Assembly (NCBI GenBank): GCA_047495785.1
Contig: JBLDXI010000081.1
Coordinates: forward strand, 35,582-99,581
Origin: Lepidodermella squamata
Lineage: Eukaryota; Animalia; Gastrotricha
DNA: 64,000 nt
Direction of reading: 5' to 3'
The notes under the pieces are model-generated. The model was not told where the DNA came from and searched no databases. It worked only from the letters and a program-made list of their open reading frames with translations. This document shows, in pieces, positions 37,029 to 49,479 of the stretch. Position 1 is the first letter of the stretch, and each line of letters begins with the position of its first letter. Made by a program: the position numbers and the translations under genes.

Positions 37029-38582
37029 TTACTTGCTCATTAACACAAGCACAACAACATCAATGAGAAATGTGATGACGAGTATAAACGCAAAAACGAT
37101 ACAATCAATTAGCCGAATAAGGCTCATTCTCATCAATTTAGCTTGAATTCGTCTGAACCGCTTCCTACCCGCCAAATCGCTAGCAATGAGGCAATAGATG
37201 GCGCAAAGCACAGCAATAGCCATTTGGCCGGCTAGGAATATCAGTATATACGGTATTTCTGCTGATTTCGGTATCGATTCGCTGATGCTCGACTGCGAAA
37301 CTGCATAGGCCAGTACGACAGTTATGCAAAATGTTGGCCGATCAGGGTGCTCAGGTGGCATGAAACCAGCAGCGATCAGAACCAGTTGTAGGCAGATATT
37401 CGGGAAAAATATTGTCAGCAAATGGAAACCGTACCGGCGTTCGAAGTCGAAGCTAAATCGTAGTAGTGAGTAAGTATAGTCTCCGTCATCGCTTAGGTCC
37501 GTTACGTAGCTGGCTTTGTATGACTTCACTAGCCACATTTCACTCGGGTTAATGAATTCGCCAACGTTTGCTAATGTAATGCCCCTATCTTTGATGAGGT
37601 ATTTTGTTATCCTTGTGCTGTAAAAAGATTCGATTTCCATGCCACAAGATTGCTTGTCGAATGGGAACTTCAAAAAGCTGCAAGAAAAAATGGTGATCAG
37701 CAATAGACAGTAGGGTCATAAACTGCTATTTTATCTGAGCTTGAAACTACAAGGAATCTCTATCACTGATCCTACTTCCCAAATCTAGCCCGGAGTATAT
37801 CCTAACCCTAACCGTAAAGCTCAAGCTTAACCTAGCCCGATTCCATTGCTCTTAGATAATAACGACTAAGCTCAATGGTGTTTTTAGCCCTAACCTGATC
37901 ACAGCTCTGGCATTTTTGAAACCATTACTTAGGCTTTGAAAAGGTTAAAATATGAATTTCTCTACTCACTTGAGGCTGCAAGTTGACTTGAATGTAGATT
38001 GCAGGTACATTGTTACTTGGCCATCGTGGGAGTACACAATCGTGACACTCTTGCTCAAACTAAGGTCAGATGTAAAACTATCGAATGGCAAGATTTCAAA
38101 ATTTGCTTCAAAACCTTTCAATTGTCGACATTTCGAATGCATTGATATGAGTGAAGCCAGGCGTCCACGTTTCCGAACCCTTCAAATCGATGATTTTTAT
38201 GTGTGAATAGTTTGAAATGTGATTCCAGATCGCACACGGGTGCTTCCACGTGAGACGAAGCTCGCCGTAAAACGAGAACCTGGGAATAGATAGAATTAAA
38301 TAGATATTCATAGTAGAAAACGGATAATTATTACGATTGCTCGTCTTCGTTTATGCCTCTGAAATAATATGGCAATATTGATACATGAATGAGAGTAGTT
38401 TCGCTGAAGTTAGCGACAGGTCGAATGCGTTGATCGAGGCCACATCTTGAGACGAGGACGTCTTTCAACTCGCGAGCATCCGGTCTGAACAACGGAATCT
38501 CGCTGTCTAGGTTCCCAGCTTTTGAATAAGCCAAATAGGCCGTAAAAATGATCGAAAATGATAAGTGGTAATGATACATCAT
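37029..38582 (-). CDS. Divergent Cys-loop channel subunit, copy 8
   Basis: Four exons in frame; CSLNFLKFPFDKQSC; M1-M4. Confidence 0.92.
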
Positions 38583-39220
38583 GTAAAAGAGTCCGGCTCT
38601 AGAAGTATCTACAGACGATTTGCTTCTACTCGTGCGAATGTCATACGTAGCTAGTGATAGGCGTTGAGTAAATAAACAACCTGTACCAATCTCCTGTCAA
38701 ATTTCCGGACTCGGAAAAAAACACATGCACGAAAACAGGTATAATGAAGCAGTGGTTTTGAAACATTTGCTCTGCGCCATTCGCGCTCGCTCGCCAGATC
38801 GGTAAAACGGAATTCGATGTTTGCTCAGTCGTTGAAATGAAAACCACGCAAGACTGTTTTGCATCGAATACAGTATATAGGAATATCGATTGAATGGTAT
38901 TTTTCTGTTAGACGCTCGATGGATTGTCGTGTGAGGGCTTCGGATTATTACAGGGAACGAAACTTGGGCTCCAATGGAAGCTCACACCCAGCCGCGTTTA
39001 GAATTATCGACAATTGTCTCAATCTCCTTTTCGATTTTCCATTTCATTTGCGAGTTCTTTTTGAGCAATTTAAAAAATTCTAAAATCACGACAAATTACC
39101 ATCTTTTGCATTGAATCAGACAGAATTTTTAGCCTGGGTGAAAATTGATGCTTTGATGCAAACAACCAAGTCGTATTATATCCATCTCCATTGTGTGACC
39201 ACTTAAAAGTCCAATCCAAT

Positions 39221-39494
39221 GCGCACGCTGATTGGTCAATCGATCGTTGCTATGACTCCCGGATGAAACATGTTGGTCGTGCGATCCATAAGATTTTTTT
39301 CAACAAGTGTTTTTTGCCGCAGCAATTTACCACCATTAATATAGAGTTTACGCTCGTGGTCAATGGAAACCGTGCAGAGGGTGTGGCAAGGTCATTTTTT
39401 GCATAAATATAAAATAATTTATTAGTGGATCGCACGACTAAATTGTTTCATTCCGGAGTCATTAGCAACGATAAATTGACCAATCAGCGTGCGC
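39221..39494. repeat. Imperfect inverted repeat (~75-bp arms), probable foldback/MITE remnant
   Basis: GCGCACGCTGATTGGTCAAT...GTCGTGCGATCCA / TGGATCGCACGAC...ATTGACCAATCAGCGTGCGC. Confidence 0.75.
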
Positions 39495-40040
39495 GCCAAA
39501 GTTCAACTTACCAGCGGTTCCACAATGCTCCTGGCAAATTTCCGGCCTTTCAGCTGAATTGAAAATTTGCCGCCATTCATTTTTTAATCAACGATGATTT
39601 TTTAAATAGGAATCGAAACGTGCAAGAGCCAGCTTAGAGTAACACATCAAAATTTCTGTCCGGGATCAAAGACATATTAAAATTCATGAAGGATATGATC
39701 CCAGCTTCAAAATGATATATGACTCAAGTGCCTAACTCAATATTTTCAAAACGACGTTTGGTGTGACACATCTCCGAACGAGCCCTTATAACAGCGCATC
39801 TCTGTCATTCACCGTTTCACCGAGCCATATGGAATCATCGGAGAGGACAAATAGGGAAACACTCCACTTCTTTCACTCCAATTTCGCGCAATCCGATTAG
39901 ACAAATGCAAGCTGTATTAGATTTTATTCTACTTCAATGCCATTGCAAATTGCTAATGCACCTATAAGTTACTAATAATTATTTCATCAAGCGGTCTTCA
40001 ATTAGGCAAATGTTCGAATCACACCAAATTTAAGCTGCAG

Positions 40041-40880
40041 TTAGAGAGTGTGGATCAAGAGAAGTGCGCGGTTCACTTCAGAAATGCGCACATTCAGGTT
40101 CATCGAACATGTTCAGGCAAGGGATGCCATCGCGGAACGGCGCGATAGGCGTTTCCCATGAGCTATGCACATTCATTTCGCGAAATTCACAAGTAAAGAA
40201 GGAAATAGACGTAACTCACCTTCCCAAGCTGAAGGCTCCGCTTCGCGTAATCGGCGATGTTGACGCTGCTGAACTATACTAGATAGTATAACTAAGCCTA
40301 GCCCACATATTATCAGGTTACTTTGCCGACCACTTGGACAGCGCTGGGCAATGCAACTAGAATTGGCAACAGTGGTTTCGTTCAGACAAATAGCAAATTT
40401 GGGTGCTGCAATGCCTGCTAAATTCCTATTCGCACCTCTAGCCAGCAACAGTCGAAGCATCTCAGCTTGCCTAAATGCAGCCGCATACATCAACGCCGTC
40501 AAGCCATCGTCATCCTTGGCATCGATATCGGCTTTGCGATCCAGCAACAGTTCAACTACATCCAAGTGACCTATCGCAGCAGCATAAATCAACGCCGTCC
40601 TGCCATAGAAATTCTTCGCCTCGATATCAGCGTTGCGATCCAGCAACAGTCTAACTATTTCGACTTGCCCACTCCAAGCCGCATTAATCAAAAACGTCCT
40701 TAATGTAACTTTGTGTAGCCGGGTGTCATTCATAGAGCATTCGCTACAGTTGAGTGCCTTGAGATCGCGCCAGTTCGGGTCGAACATGCCGCCAGTGGAT
40801 TCGTCTATCTCTGCAACAATTTGCCGTACCAGCGCCACATCGTCTGAAACGACTGTCACATTCCACAACTGCTGGTACAT
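40041..40880 (-). pseudogene. Ankyrin protein copy B fused to a degenerate 3' fragment of a LamG-domain gene
   Basis: 40430-40880 is paralogous to ANK copy A with fewer repeats; 39920-40270 matches 45850-46230 (last exons and 3'UTR of the LamG gene). Confidence 0.7.
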
Positions 40881-41579
40881 TTCACTGACCTGGTACTTGT
40901 AAGAAGAAATTGAAATTTCGCATCAAACTAAGCGAAAAGAGATCAAACAAAAAGGAAGTAAGAGCGGGAACAGGCTGCTTAGACATAAAATTTAAGATCG
41001 CAAGTTCTCGACTAACCATCATTATTCATTATGAAGACCAAATTTTAGGTGGATTTAGGGTGAATTAGAGATTAGTACTTGGCCTGAAAAACCTCACTGG
41101 AACAAATGCAAAAGCTTTAGGATCGGGCGGCAACATCCTTCCCCAGCTCAGGCGGGTCGGGAAACAAAATGAGAGCGAAGTACAGGTGCGAAGGGTGCGA
41201 ATTACAGGGGCGAATTACTCCGAAACCCCAACCGGAGAAAGGCTGAAACCACATGGGGGACGCTTTGGTTTCTTCGGCTGGGTCCTCGAAAACAAGTAGA
41301 AACAATCGCTCGGCAAGGCGAACTCAGTCAAAGACCGAAGGGGGGGGGGGGGGGCCTTTTGTTGATTTTCCTTTTCTCCTATGATTGAGGCTAGAAAACG
41401 ATACAGAAATAGTGTTTCTGTATGCCTGTACAATACAGAAACACTTTTATTAAGATGGACTTTTTATTATCGCATTTTCCTATATAAATGGCGTACAAGA
41501 CCACTTTTTCCCGCACTTTCTAGCTATGTTTCTCCGAGTTTTTAGCAGATACAGAGGAGAAAAGCAATCTCGGATTTAC

Positions 41580-41688
41580 TCAGAATACAGAAATACTTTT
41601 CTTGTACGAATGACTGTATGAATCGAGGTTCCTCAGGAACCTCGATTCATACAGTCATTCGTACAAGAAAAGTATTTCTGTATTCTGA
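41580..41688. repeat. Perfect palindrome, 54-bp arms, 1-nt spacer
   Basis: 41580-41633 is the exact reverse complement of 41635-41688. Confidence 0.9.
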
Positions 41689-41742
41689 ACCATCCAAGAT
41701 TGCTTAAATCCCAGCCAGTATCATCTTGTATTTATTCTAATA

Positions 41743-43515
41743 CAGTGCTCCCTCGATAAAAGCACTGGGTCGGGAGCCAGACGCGGTCTTTAAACAAGGG
41801 AAAGCTATAACGAGGGCTGTAATTGAATGCAGGAGCTAAAAAATAGACCGTTTCTAAGTCTTAAGACAGTTGCCATAGCAAAGCGCTAAAAGAGACGGAC
41901 ACAGATTATGTGTAATTGCAAAATTTGCTCGCTGAAGGCTGTTAAACAATAACGCGATGAGTCATAAATTCGTCGACAATTTTTCCTTTCCTTAGTTAAG
42001 GCGTGATTTGACTGGTTAGCCATTGTTTTAACTCTGATTTTCAGTCCTGCCTGGGATTAACGAACTCACTATAAAAACAGAAGCTGGAATCGCATTATTT
42101 CAATGTACTTCAATTCGCCAGCTAGTCTGATTAAAATCGCAAAAAAATTCATTCAAAATCACAGCTTAAACAATTAATCACCTTGGTCAAGATTGACCAG
42201 AATACTTCTGAATAAATCACCAGCAAATTCAGCCTAACCTTCTCAAGACAATGCAGCGTTCAATTCAGAACTCATGCTTCGCCTAAAATTCGTAGAATTA
42301 TTTAAAAAAAAATACTAATTAATATTAAATTTGAAAAAATTATGATGAAATATGTATTTTCGATAATTTTTTCGCGGTTAACCTGACTTTTTCTTTTTTA
42401 AATTCATGGCATTCACGGACCAATTTCAAGGCATAAGACGTGCGTTTCCGTCAAGAGGGTACGATTCGATAGGTGTTTAGTTTGAATGGAATAAATTTGT
42501 ATCTTCTCAGGCGTGATCTGATTTGCATTCGACTGGCCTATTAGGATCAGAGCAAGGTACAAAATCGGGCAGAAGCTCCCGCCGCCCCTCCTCGGGATGT
42601 TGCGATTTTCAAAGTCAAAATCGAATGATTAACAGTTGTGAAAAAAAAACCCGGAAAATTGCCAGGGCGTTGAGCAATGAAATTGTAGAGTAGTGGCAGC
42701 CAGTTTCGTGGTAGATCAGGCCTATAGACTATCGAAAATCGGCTAATAATTCCGATAACTTAGGACAACTGGAACGAATGAAAACGATCTAATTTTATGA
42801 GAATAAATCCACGTATCGGAATTAAAATCAATCTTAAAACAAGGACGTGATTCTTCATGATTACGCAACACAGCCGGGAACAAAATAGGGGAAAACTTTC
42901 TTAAAAAACACGATTTATATCCTAATTTGATCATGCTAATAATGCCGGTAAATTTCAAGAGATTTTCTGGCCGGGAAAAAGCTAAAAAAATGAAAAATAA
43001 GGGCAATCCAGATGAGTCTTTTAGTTTTGATCAGCAATTGACCTGAGGAAAAATCTGCAAATCAAGAAGATAGAAGATTGACGGGCATTCTTATAGTTGG
43101 TGAAATGAATTGCTGATTTTGTCTGATAAACTGGCGTAATTTCTGATGGAAAAGTTTAACGAAAAAGCAAGACGACTCGCAGCACGACTTGAGTGGCAGC
43201 TAATCCACGCACTCTGTTGCATAATCACAGTCATTTCAAAGCCACAAGAACAGCTTAATGCACTGCTTATCTTTCAACTCGTTTGAACTAACCTTGAAAT
43301 AACTGGATCTCTCAAAACCACGACACCGCGCCGCTATTAGGTTTCCAGGAACGCTTTATTATTTTAATTTTTCACGCTTAATTCTTTTAATTTATCGAAT
43401 AATTATTTTTTGTTTAATTAAAAATTTACAAATAATTTATTTAGCAGGGTCCAAAATTACGGTCTATAAACGAGGGAGTTCTTTTAAGGAGGGTGCCACT
43501 AACGAGGGAGCACTG
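41743..43515. mobile_element. Non-autonomous pogo/Tigger-type DNA transposon (TA TSD)
   Basis: TA|CAGTGCTCCCTCG...CGAGGGAGCACTG|TA; no intact transposase ORF inside. Confidence 0.85.
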
Positions 43516-43517
43516 TA

Positions 43518-45469
43518 TCACTTTTTGAGCTGTAATCTGTGTGGAATTAACCCGCGGTTGGTAGCATTTCCTAGAAAACTTACAGGTCTTCGCTGCTGAG
43601 TTGAGACGCAAGAACCAGGCTGGGACCAGGTTTCGTTCGGGAGGCACAATATAAATGCATTTCCTCGAATCTCGGAATTCAGGATGCATGTTATGTTTCG
43701 GTCGGCTCCGAAGCTCCACACGTACCCGTTTCGTATCGTAGGTGGCGGTCCACACTCTTGATAGAATGGTCTTTTTTAGAAGAATAGAGATTGACTGAGA
43801 AATTTTGTCACCTAATGCTTCACATCTACCAGCCGCAGACCAGTTGCCGTTTGCTTGGCATTGACTTGTTCCCTGTCCAACAATTTTGAAGCCCGGATTG
43901 CAGACCAATGTTATCGGGAACAAGTAAGAACTTGATGTGTTGGAGCTAGTCCAATATCCATTTCTCACTACAGGGACAGGGCCGCAGTCTTGATCTTACG
44001 TATGAAATATCTTAGTTAAGAATACTGGCACGAGATTTATACTGCTGAAAACAGCTGTAGTAGAGTTTATGTTTTCATCGTTTTCAGATTCTTCTTCCAG
44101 TTGAAAATTACTTTACTTACTTAGCGGGATACATCTTCCGTTGAACACCGGTAGCGGTTGAAATGGAGGAAAACACGAAGCAATCCAGACAGGGGATGAA
44201 TAGGTATAACCAGGGTTACATTTCACGCTAACAGCCGCTCCTCTTTCCACTGCAGTTCCAGGCATCAAAACTTCGCCGGTATCTTGCGCAGTTTCTGGGT
44301 CCACACGGGTTACAAATCCTGCCGATACGTTAGGCACAGGACAAGACTGCTCGGGAGTACCTGTCTGGCTGCGAATGTCAGTGTTGTCCGAGATCCAATC
44401 GAGAACCTTGCAGACTCTGCTGTAGATGCCAGGAGTGTATCCGTTGCATGACTCATCGCCGTTCGAAATAATGCCGAGCAAGTAAATCCGTCTCGATTTC
44501 AAACACATGAGAGGGCCCCCAGAATCCCCGAAGCAAACGTCGCTGTCATCGGCGGCAAAGCACATCTTCGAGTCGGTGATGGTGACCGGACGAGAGCGGC
44601 CGCGGGAATATTCCAGCGAGCAGTTTGCGTACGATCGAAATTGGAGGTCCAGCTTCCTCGGGATCTCAGACAGTCTAGCTGAAATATGACAGAATAGTAT
44701 TAGTTTATGCAGCAGCGCTATGATTCTAATTTTCCTGTCTGGGAGGCCTTGGAATCCTTCATCAGTCAGAACAAACATACTGTAGGCAAAATGACCCCAG
44801 CCAACAGCAACCGCTGAATCGCACCCGTCGATCGAATTGTCGGTAATAGAGTAGGCTCGGCACATGGTAGCCGCGTCCGGCAAGCAAATCGGGTTGATCT
44901 CTTGAGTGAATCTACGAACAGGGCTCATCAGTCGCAAAAGGGCGAAATCAAAGTCGTAGAAATTCCGACTCCCATTGTACAACGGATGGACTAAAGGAGG
45001 TAGCGATACGAGAGATTCGTAAGAGGCCGTCTCTGCACGAAAACTGATATTATGGCGACCTAGCATGGCTTTAATCCTGTGAAAAACACGGATCAGAAAT
45101 AGGACCGATAAACAGAGGAGAACAAAGCCCTACAATATCGGGGTTTCTCCAGCATTCCAAACGCAATGAGCAGCTGTAATCAGCCATTGCTTCGAAATGA
45201 GAGAAGCTCCGCAATAAGAGGCTGACGCCTCGCGGCTGTTGTAGATTTCAAGAAAAACCTTGAAAAACTCATGTTTGATTGATTTCAGTATTTACAATGG
45301 AACAAACCAGCCATGGGTAGTCGTTCGGTCCTGCTGGGTGGCTGCCAGGGCCTCGCGATTTCGCCATAGCAGTAGGGTTCGCAATACCGCATCCGGTGAT
45401 ATCTTGAACATCGACCTCTCCGCCAACCAGCACAAGGTTGACGATTATAAAAGCTGTTAGGTGGCGCAT
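43518..45469 (-). CDS. Secreted trypsin-like serine protease with 3 C-terminal sushi/CCP domains, copy B
   Basis: Paralog of 24412-25945 with intact triad (ITAAHC, DFDFALL, GDSGGP) and one extra CCP exon. The 3' end is uncertain next to the transposon. Confidence 0.85.
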
Positions 45470-45995
45470 TTCTCAAGTTTTACAAGTGAAGCTGACATAC
45501 AGCTGCCAGCAAAGGCTTGAAAAAACCTTATTCGTGTGCGCGTTAACGTGCTGCTTTATTTTCGTATATTATTAAGTTGTCATTCGCGATTTTTTTCTGT
45601 TTCTCGTATACAGTATGGGCATAATTGTTGAGGGAGTGTGTGTTCACGCCTCCGATTTTCATATACATCTTACATCGGTGGATAGCCCATAATAATGGCT
45701 CTTTCCTTTTTTAAGCCTATGGTCGGATCCTCATTTTAGGGCTTTTGTCACCAGTATTTCATTCCGCCGCAATTTCGATCGGGTTTGAAAGCTCTGTAGG
45801 CAATCCGATATAAGGCAAAAGCAAGCTAAATATGTTTTAAGTATTCTTTATTCTAATTCAATGCCATTCCAACTGCTAACACACCTATAATAATAATTTA
45901 CTAATAATCATTGCATTATGCAGTCTTCACTTAGGCAATAGTCATTATCACTGGCATTTGCAAGTGTTCGAATCACAACAAATTTATGCTTCCAG

Positions 45996-48690
45996 TTACA
46001 GCGTGTGGATCGAAAGAAGTGCACAGTTCACTTCAACAATGCGCAGCTGGTTGACGTTCAGAGCTTCGTCGAACATGTTCAGGCAAGAGATACCACCCAG
46101 GAACGGCGTGATTGGCGTTTCCCATGAGCTGTTTACATTAATTTTGCAAAATTCGATAATTTAATAGAAATCGTTAACTTACCTTCCCAAGCTGAAGGCT
46201 CCGCTTTGCGTAATCGGCAGCGTGGACTCTGCCGGATAACTTGAGCTAGTTCTGTCACAGGTAGCAGTTTTTTTCACCCCAAGGTCGAAAGACCACGCGA
46301 AGTAGTGCCATTTGTACAGAGCTGGGCAATTGTAAACACTATCCCCCAGCCCGTAATCTCTGACTGTTACTTTGTTCGTTGCAATCGAGAAACGCAACCC
46401 AGGCGTAGTTCCAACTGGCGCGAATTCAATCGCTGTTCGAGAGGTTTGAGTTACAACAGAAGCGAAAAACGATACCGTAAAGCTGCTCGTGTTCAACTTG
46501 ACCTTATCGTTAGCCACAGTGATAGCGCTTGAAGGGCTGTAGTAGAAAGCTGTGTTCGACAGGCCAAACGGACCACCAGTAGGCGCTAGGGGTGTCCCAG
46601 CGTTCACAGCATCAGCCTCCGGAGCGACTAGGTCCTTGAAATCTGAAACAAGCGGCCAATTCGCGATATGCGATGGTAGGAGGGTACTCAATGAATCCGG
46701 TGACCAAGTTTTTCCAGCGTGAATCTGGAGACACTTCTTTTGGACCAACCACAACTGCTGGGCTGTGAGGGCGTGTTTGAAGATCGATAAGCAAGACATC
46801 CGGCCATCGAAGGTTGTAGCCGTTGTAATGCTGTAGCCGAGGCGCAGTTTCGAGGCGGTGATTGGCGATTTCGAATAAGTGGTCGATAACCTATCGCAAA
46901 CTGCAAGCAATTGGCCAGATTCGCTGTTGTAAGAAACGGCGAGGAACATCCAAGCGGGAGATGTTATCGGCGTAACGCAAGCTAGGACCACATAATTTGC
47001 AGAATCTGAATAGAAAAGGGCATTTAACGAATGAGAAAGAATGAAATTTATGACTTACCCGTGTAAATGAACATCAAGTTGTAACTTGGGTTGTAGAAAA
47101 CACGGAAAAACGCCGTCGAATCACTGGCGAACTCGAGAATCGGAATATTGTCAAACGAAGAGTATGAGGCGAAACCGGCGAAAAGGGAAATTGTGAAGGA
47201 CGATTCGCCGAAATCCAAGTCGCTGCTCTCCAATTTCACTTGGATCGAGCTTGCTGCGAGTGCTGATGTTGGGTAATCGAAGGGTCCAACGTCGTAGTTG
47301 ACCGAAGCTGAATTGATTGTTCCATCGTAAGCGTTGCCGCTGATATCACTTGCGCCGTTATCCTGCGTAAGCGGAAGGTACGCCATTTCCAGCGGCAGCC
47401 CATATACAGTTTCTAAGGAGAAATCAAGTTACCGTAAAATTCAAATGTGACGGCTTGAACTCACGAGCTTCGCAAACCTCGAATGAACTAAACGTCGAGT
47501 TTGGCGGATTGATCTAGATGGATAGAAAGTGCATGTTTATTGACGTTTGATTCATGTTAAACCCATAGATTTACCCAGTTTGCAGGGCAGTCTTTTGAGA
47601 TGGAGACACATTGGGCGGCCATGATCAGTTCATTTGTGCAAAGCTTCGCCTTGAAAAGAATTCTTCAATTAGTGGAAAGCAGATTCTTTGACATGAGATG
47701 TTAACCTGAAGAGCCGCTTCACAGGCTGCAAAGTTAGCCCCGAAATCACCGCTCGAATAAACGCCAGTCTATAAGGAAACAATGAGGCAAAGTTCGGTAA
47801 CTATTGAAATTCTCACCGAAGAGGATCCCAGCGGGCACACTGTCGATTCTTGGCAATTTTTCGGCTTCGCATTCATTCGACACTGGTAAACGCTCTGAAA
47901 TGAAGCAAAATAAAGCGTGAAACTTTCATTTTAGATTCATCCCGACCTACCCCTGTCTCGCAAGATGATTTCGTCGGCAATATCGCTCCAGGGGTCTAAA
48001 AATCGAATCATCCAAATGTTGTATATACATTATTGAATTTAATCTTACGTTTGTCCCATCGCATGGCAGTTGGGCTGGTTTGCACCCTGAGAAAGCAGGT
48101 TTTGTCTCGTCGAAGCACCTAACATGAGGGAACGATGATTGCGGTGCTGTGGAATTATAAAAAATGCCGAGAGCTCCAGATTTCTGTCAATGAACAAACC
48201 AGATTCACATTCGCCGAGGTTGGGAAACGTCACTCCATTCGAAAATCGGTTAGTACTACCCTCAGGGCAGCTTTCACTGTTATCAGCTAGCACACATTTC
48301 ACAAACGAATAATTTTGCGAGTCGAGGCAAAGTTGGTGAGGTTTCTAAGGAAAACATGAAATTTAGTTTAAATCGAAAGAAATATCGAGAAATTTACGTT
48401 AATTCGGACGAAACTGAGGCATTGGGCGTAGTTGGTAGCAAAATCGCTCGCATCGTTAAATGTAGCCACCTGAAACTTCAAAATGAGCCAAGAAGCATCA
48501 GATTGTAGAATCTTACCAAGGTCATGGACGATCGGCAAATTCCGCGGCAAACTACGTGCGATCCTGATCGACAAAGGGCAGCGGGCTGCGAATCGGAAAT
48601 TATTTTGTGAGCATGAACAGGTAAAAAAGCCATAGCCATACCCCAGCAGAGCAATGGTTTTTGTCGATGTACGCACCGCCACTGAAAGTC
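45996..48690 (-). CDS. Protein with 5+ 4-Cys repeats and two LamG/pentraxin-like (concanavalin A-fold) domains; 5' end not found
   Basis: Short-exon chain of the same Cys repeats as 26649-29146, then AYLPL...DISGN..DGT..., SFTISLF, W.FLAVSYN, FDGRMSCLSIF..AL and a second similar domain; stop at 45996. Confidence 0.72.
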
Positions 48691-49479
48691 TGCAAAAATG
48701 AATGAAAAAATAACATTGAAATGAACATAGTGCCGCCGGCATTGCGTGGGGACTGATTTTTAAGAAACGACCTGATTTTATTAATTAACAGGGGTTCATA
48801 TCTTCGAATTATCTAGAAAACATAATTTCAAACTTCGGAAAAATATAAAAAGGCTTCCGTATTGGTTTTCACATCAATTTATTAATGCTGAACTGGCGCG
48901 CAATTTTCAGGTTTTTGGCTGGTGTTAGGCAGTAGTTCGTGTTGCCCGTGGGTTGGGCTCGTCAAGTTAACTTTCGGCTGCCTGGCAGTGTATTAGTGCT
49001 TATTTTAAGTTGCGGCATTGTATATTTGATCAATTTTTGCTATTGTAGGCGGCAGTGGAGTGGTTAAGCAGCATATTTTTCAGATTTATCAGTTAGATCG
49101 GCTTGTTGCTGGCTGTTCTTCTGCAACTCATGACTTTGAAGATGAGCAAGCGACCATGTTTTGTTCTGAATTAGGAGCGCTTTGCTGTGACTTGAAACTC
49201 CTTATATCCAGAACACCACTCGTTTTCATAAATTTCGGGAATTTCTCGCGGAGTTACTCTGATTCACATTTTAGATGCTATTGGAGTTCACAGGTTAGAG
49301 ATGGGGTTTAATGGATGCTCCTTGTTTATGTTGGCTTGGCATGAGAGTACTAGAATTTACTTTCTTAATGCTTTTCTGTCTAAGAATTCAATCTAATTTT
49401 GCCCTAGGGTCTCTTTGCTGTCTTTCTAAAACCGAAGTTACGGCGTCGATGCACTCGGGGACGTTATGTGTTATGTGCA

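Noticed and set aside
44680-44782. Apparent ~34-aa insertion in protease B in the ORF track
   Set aside because: GT-AG intron at the same position as an intron in copy A; it simply lacks stops.
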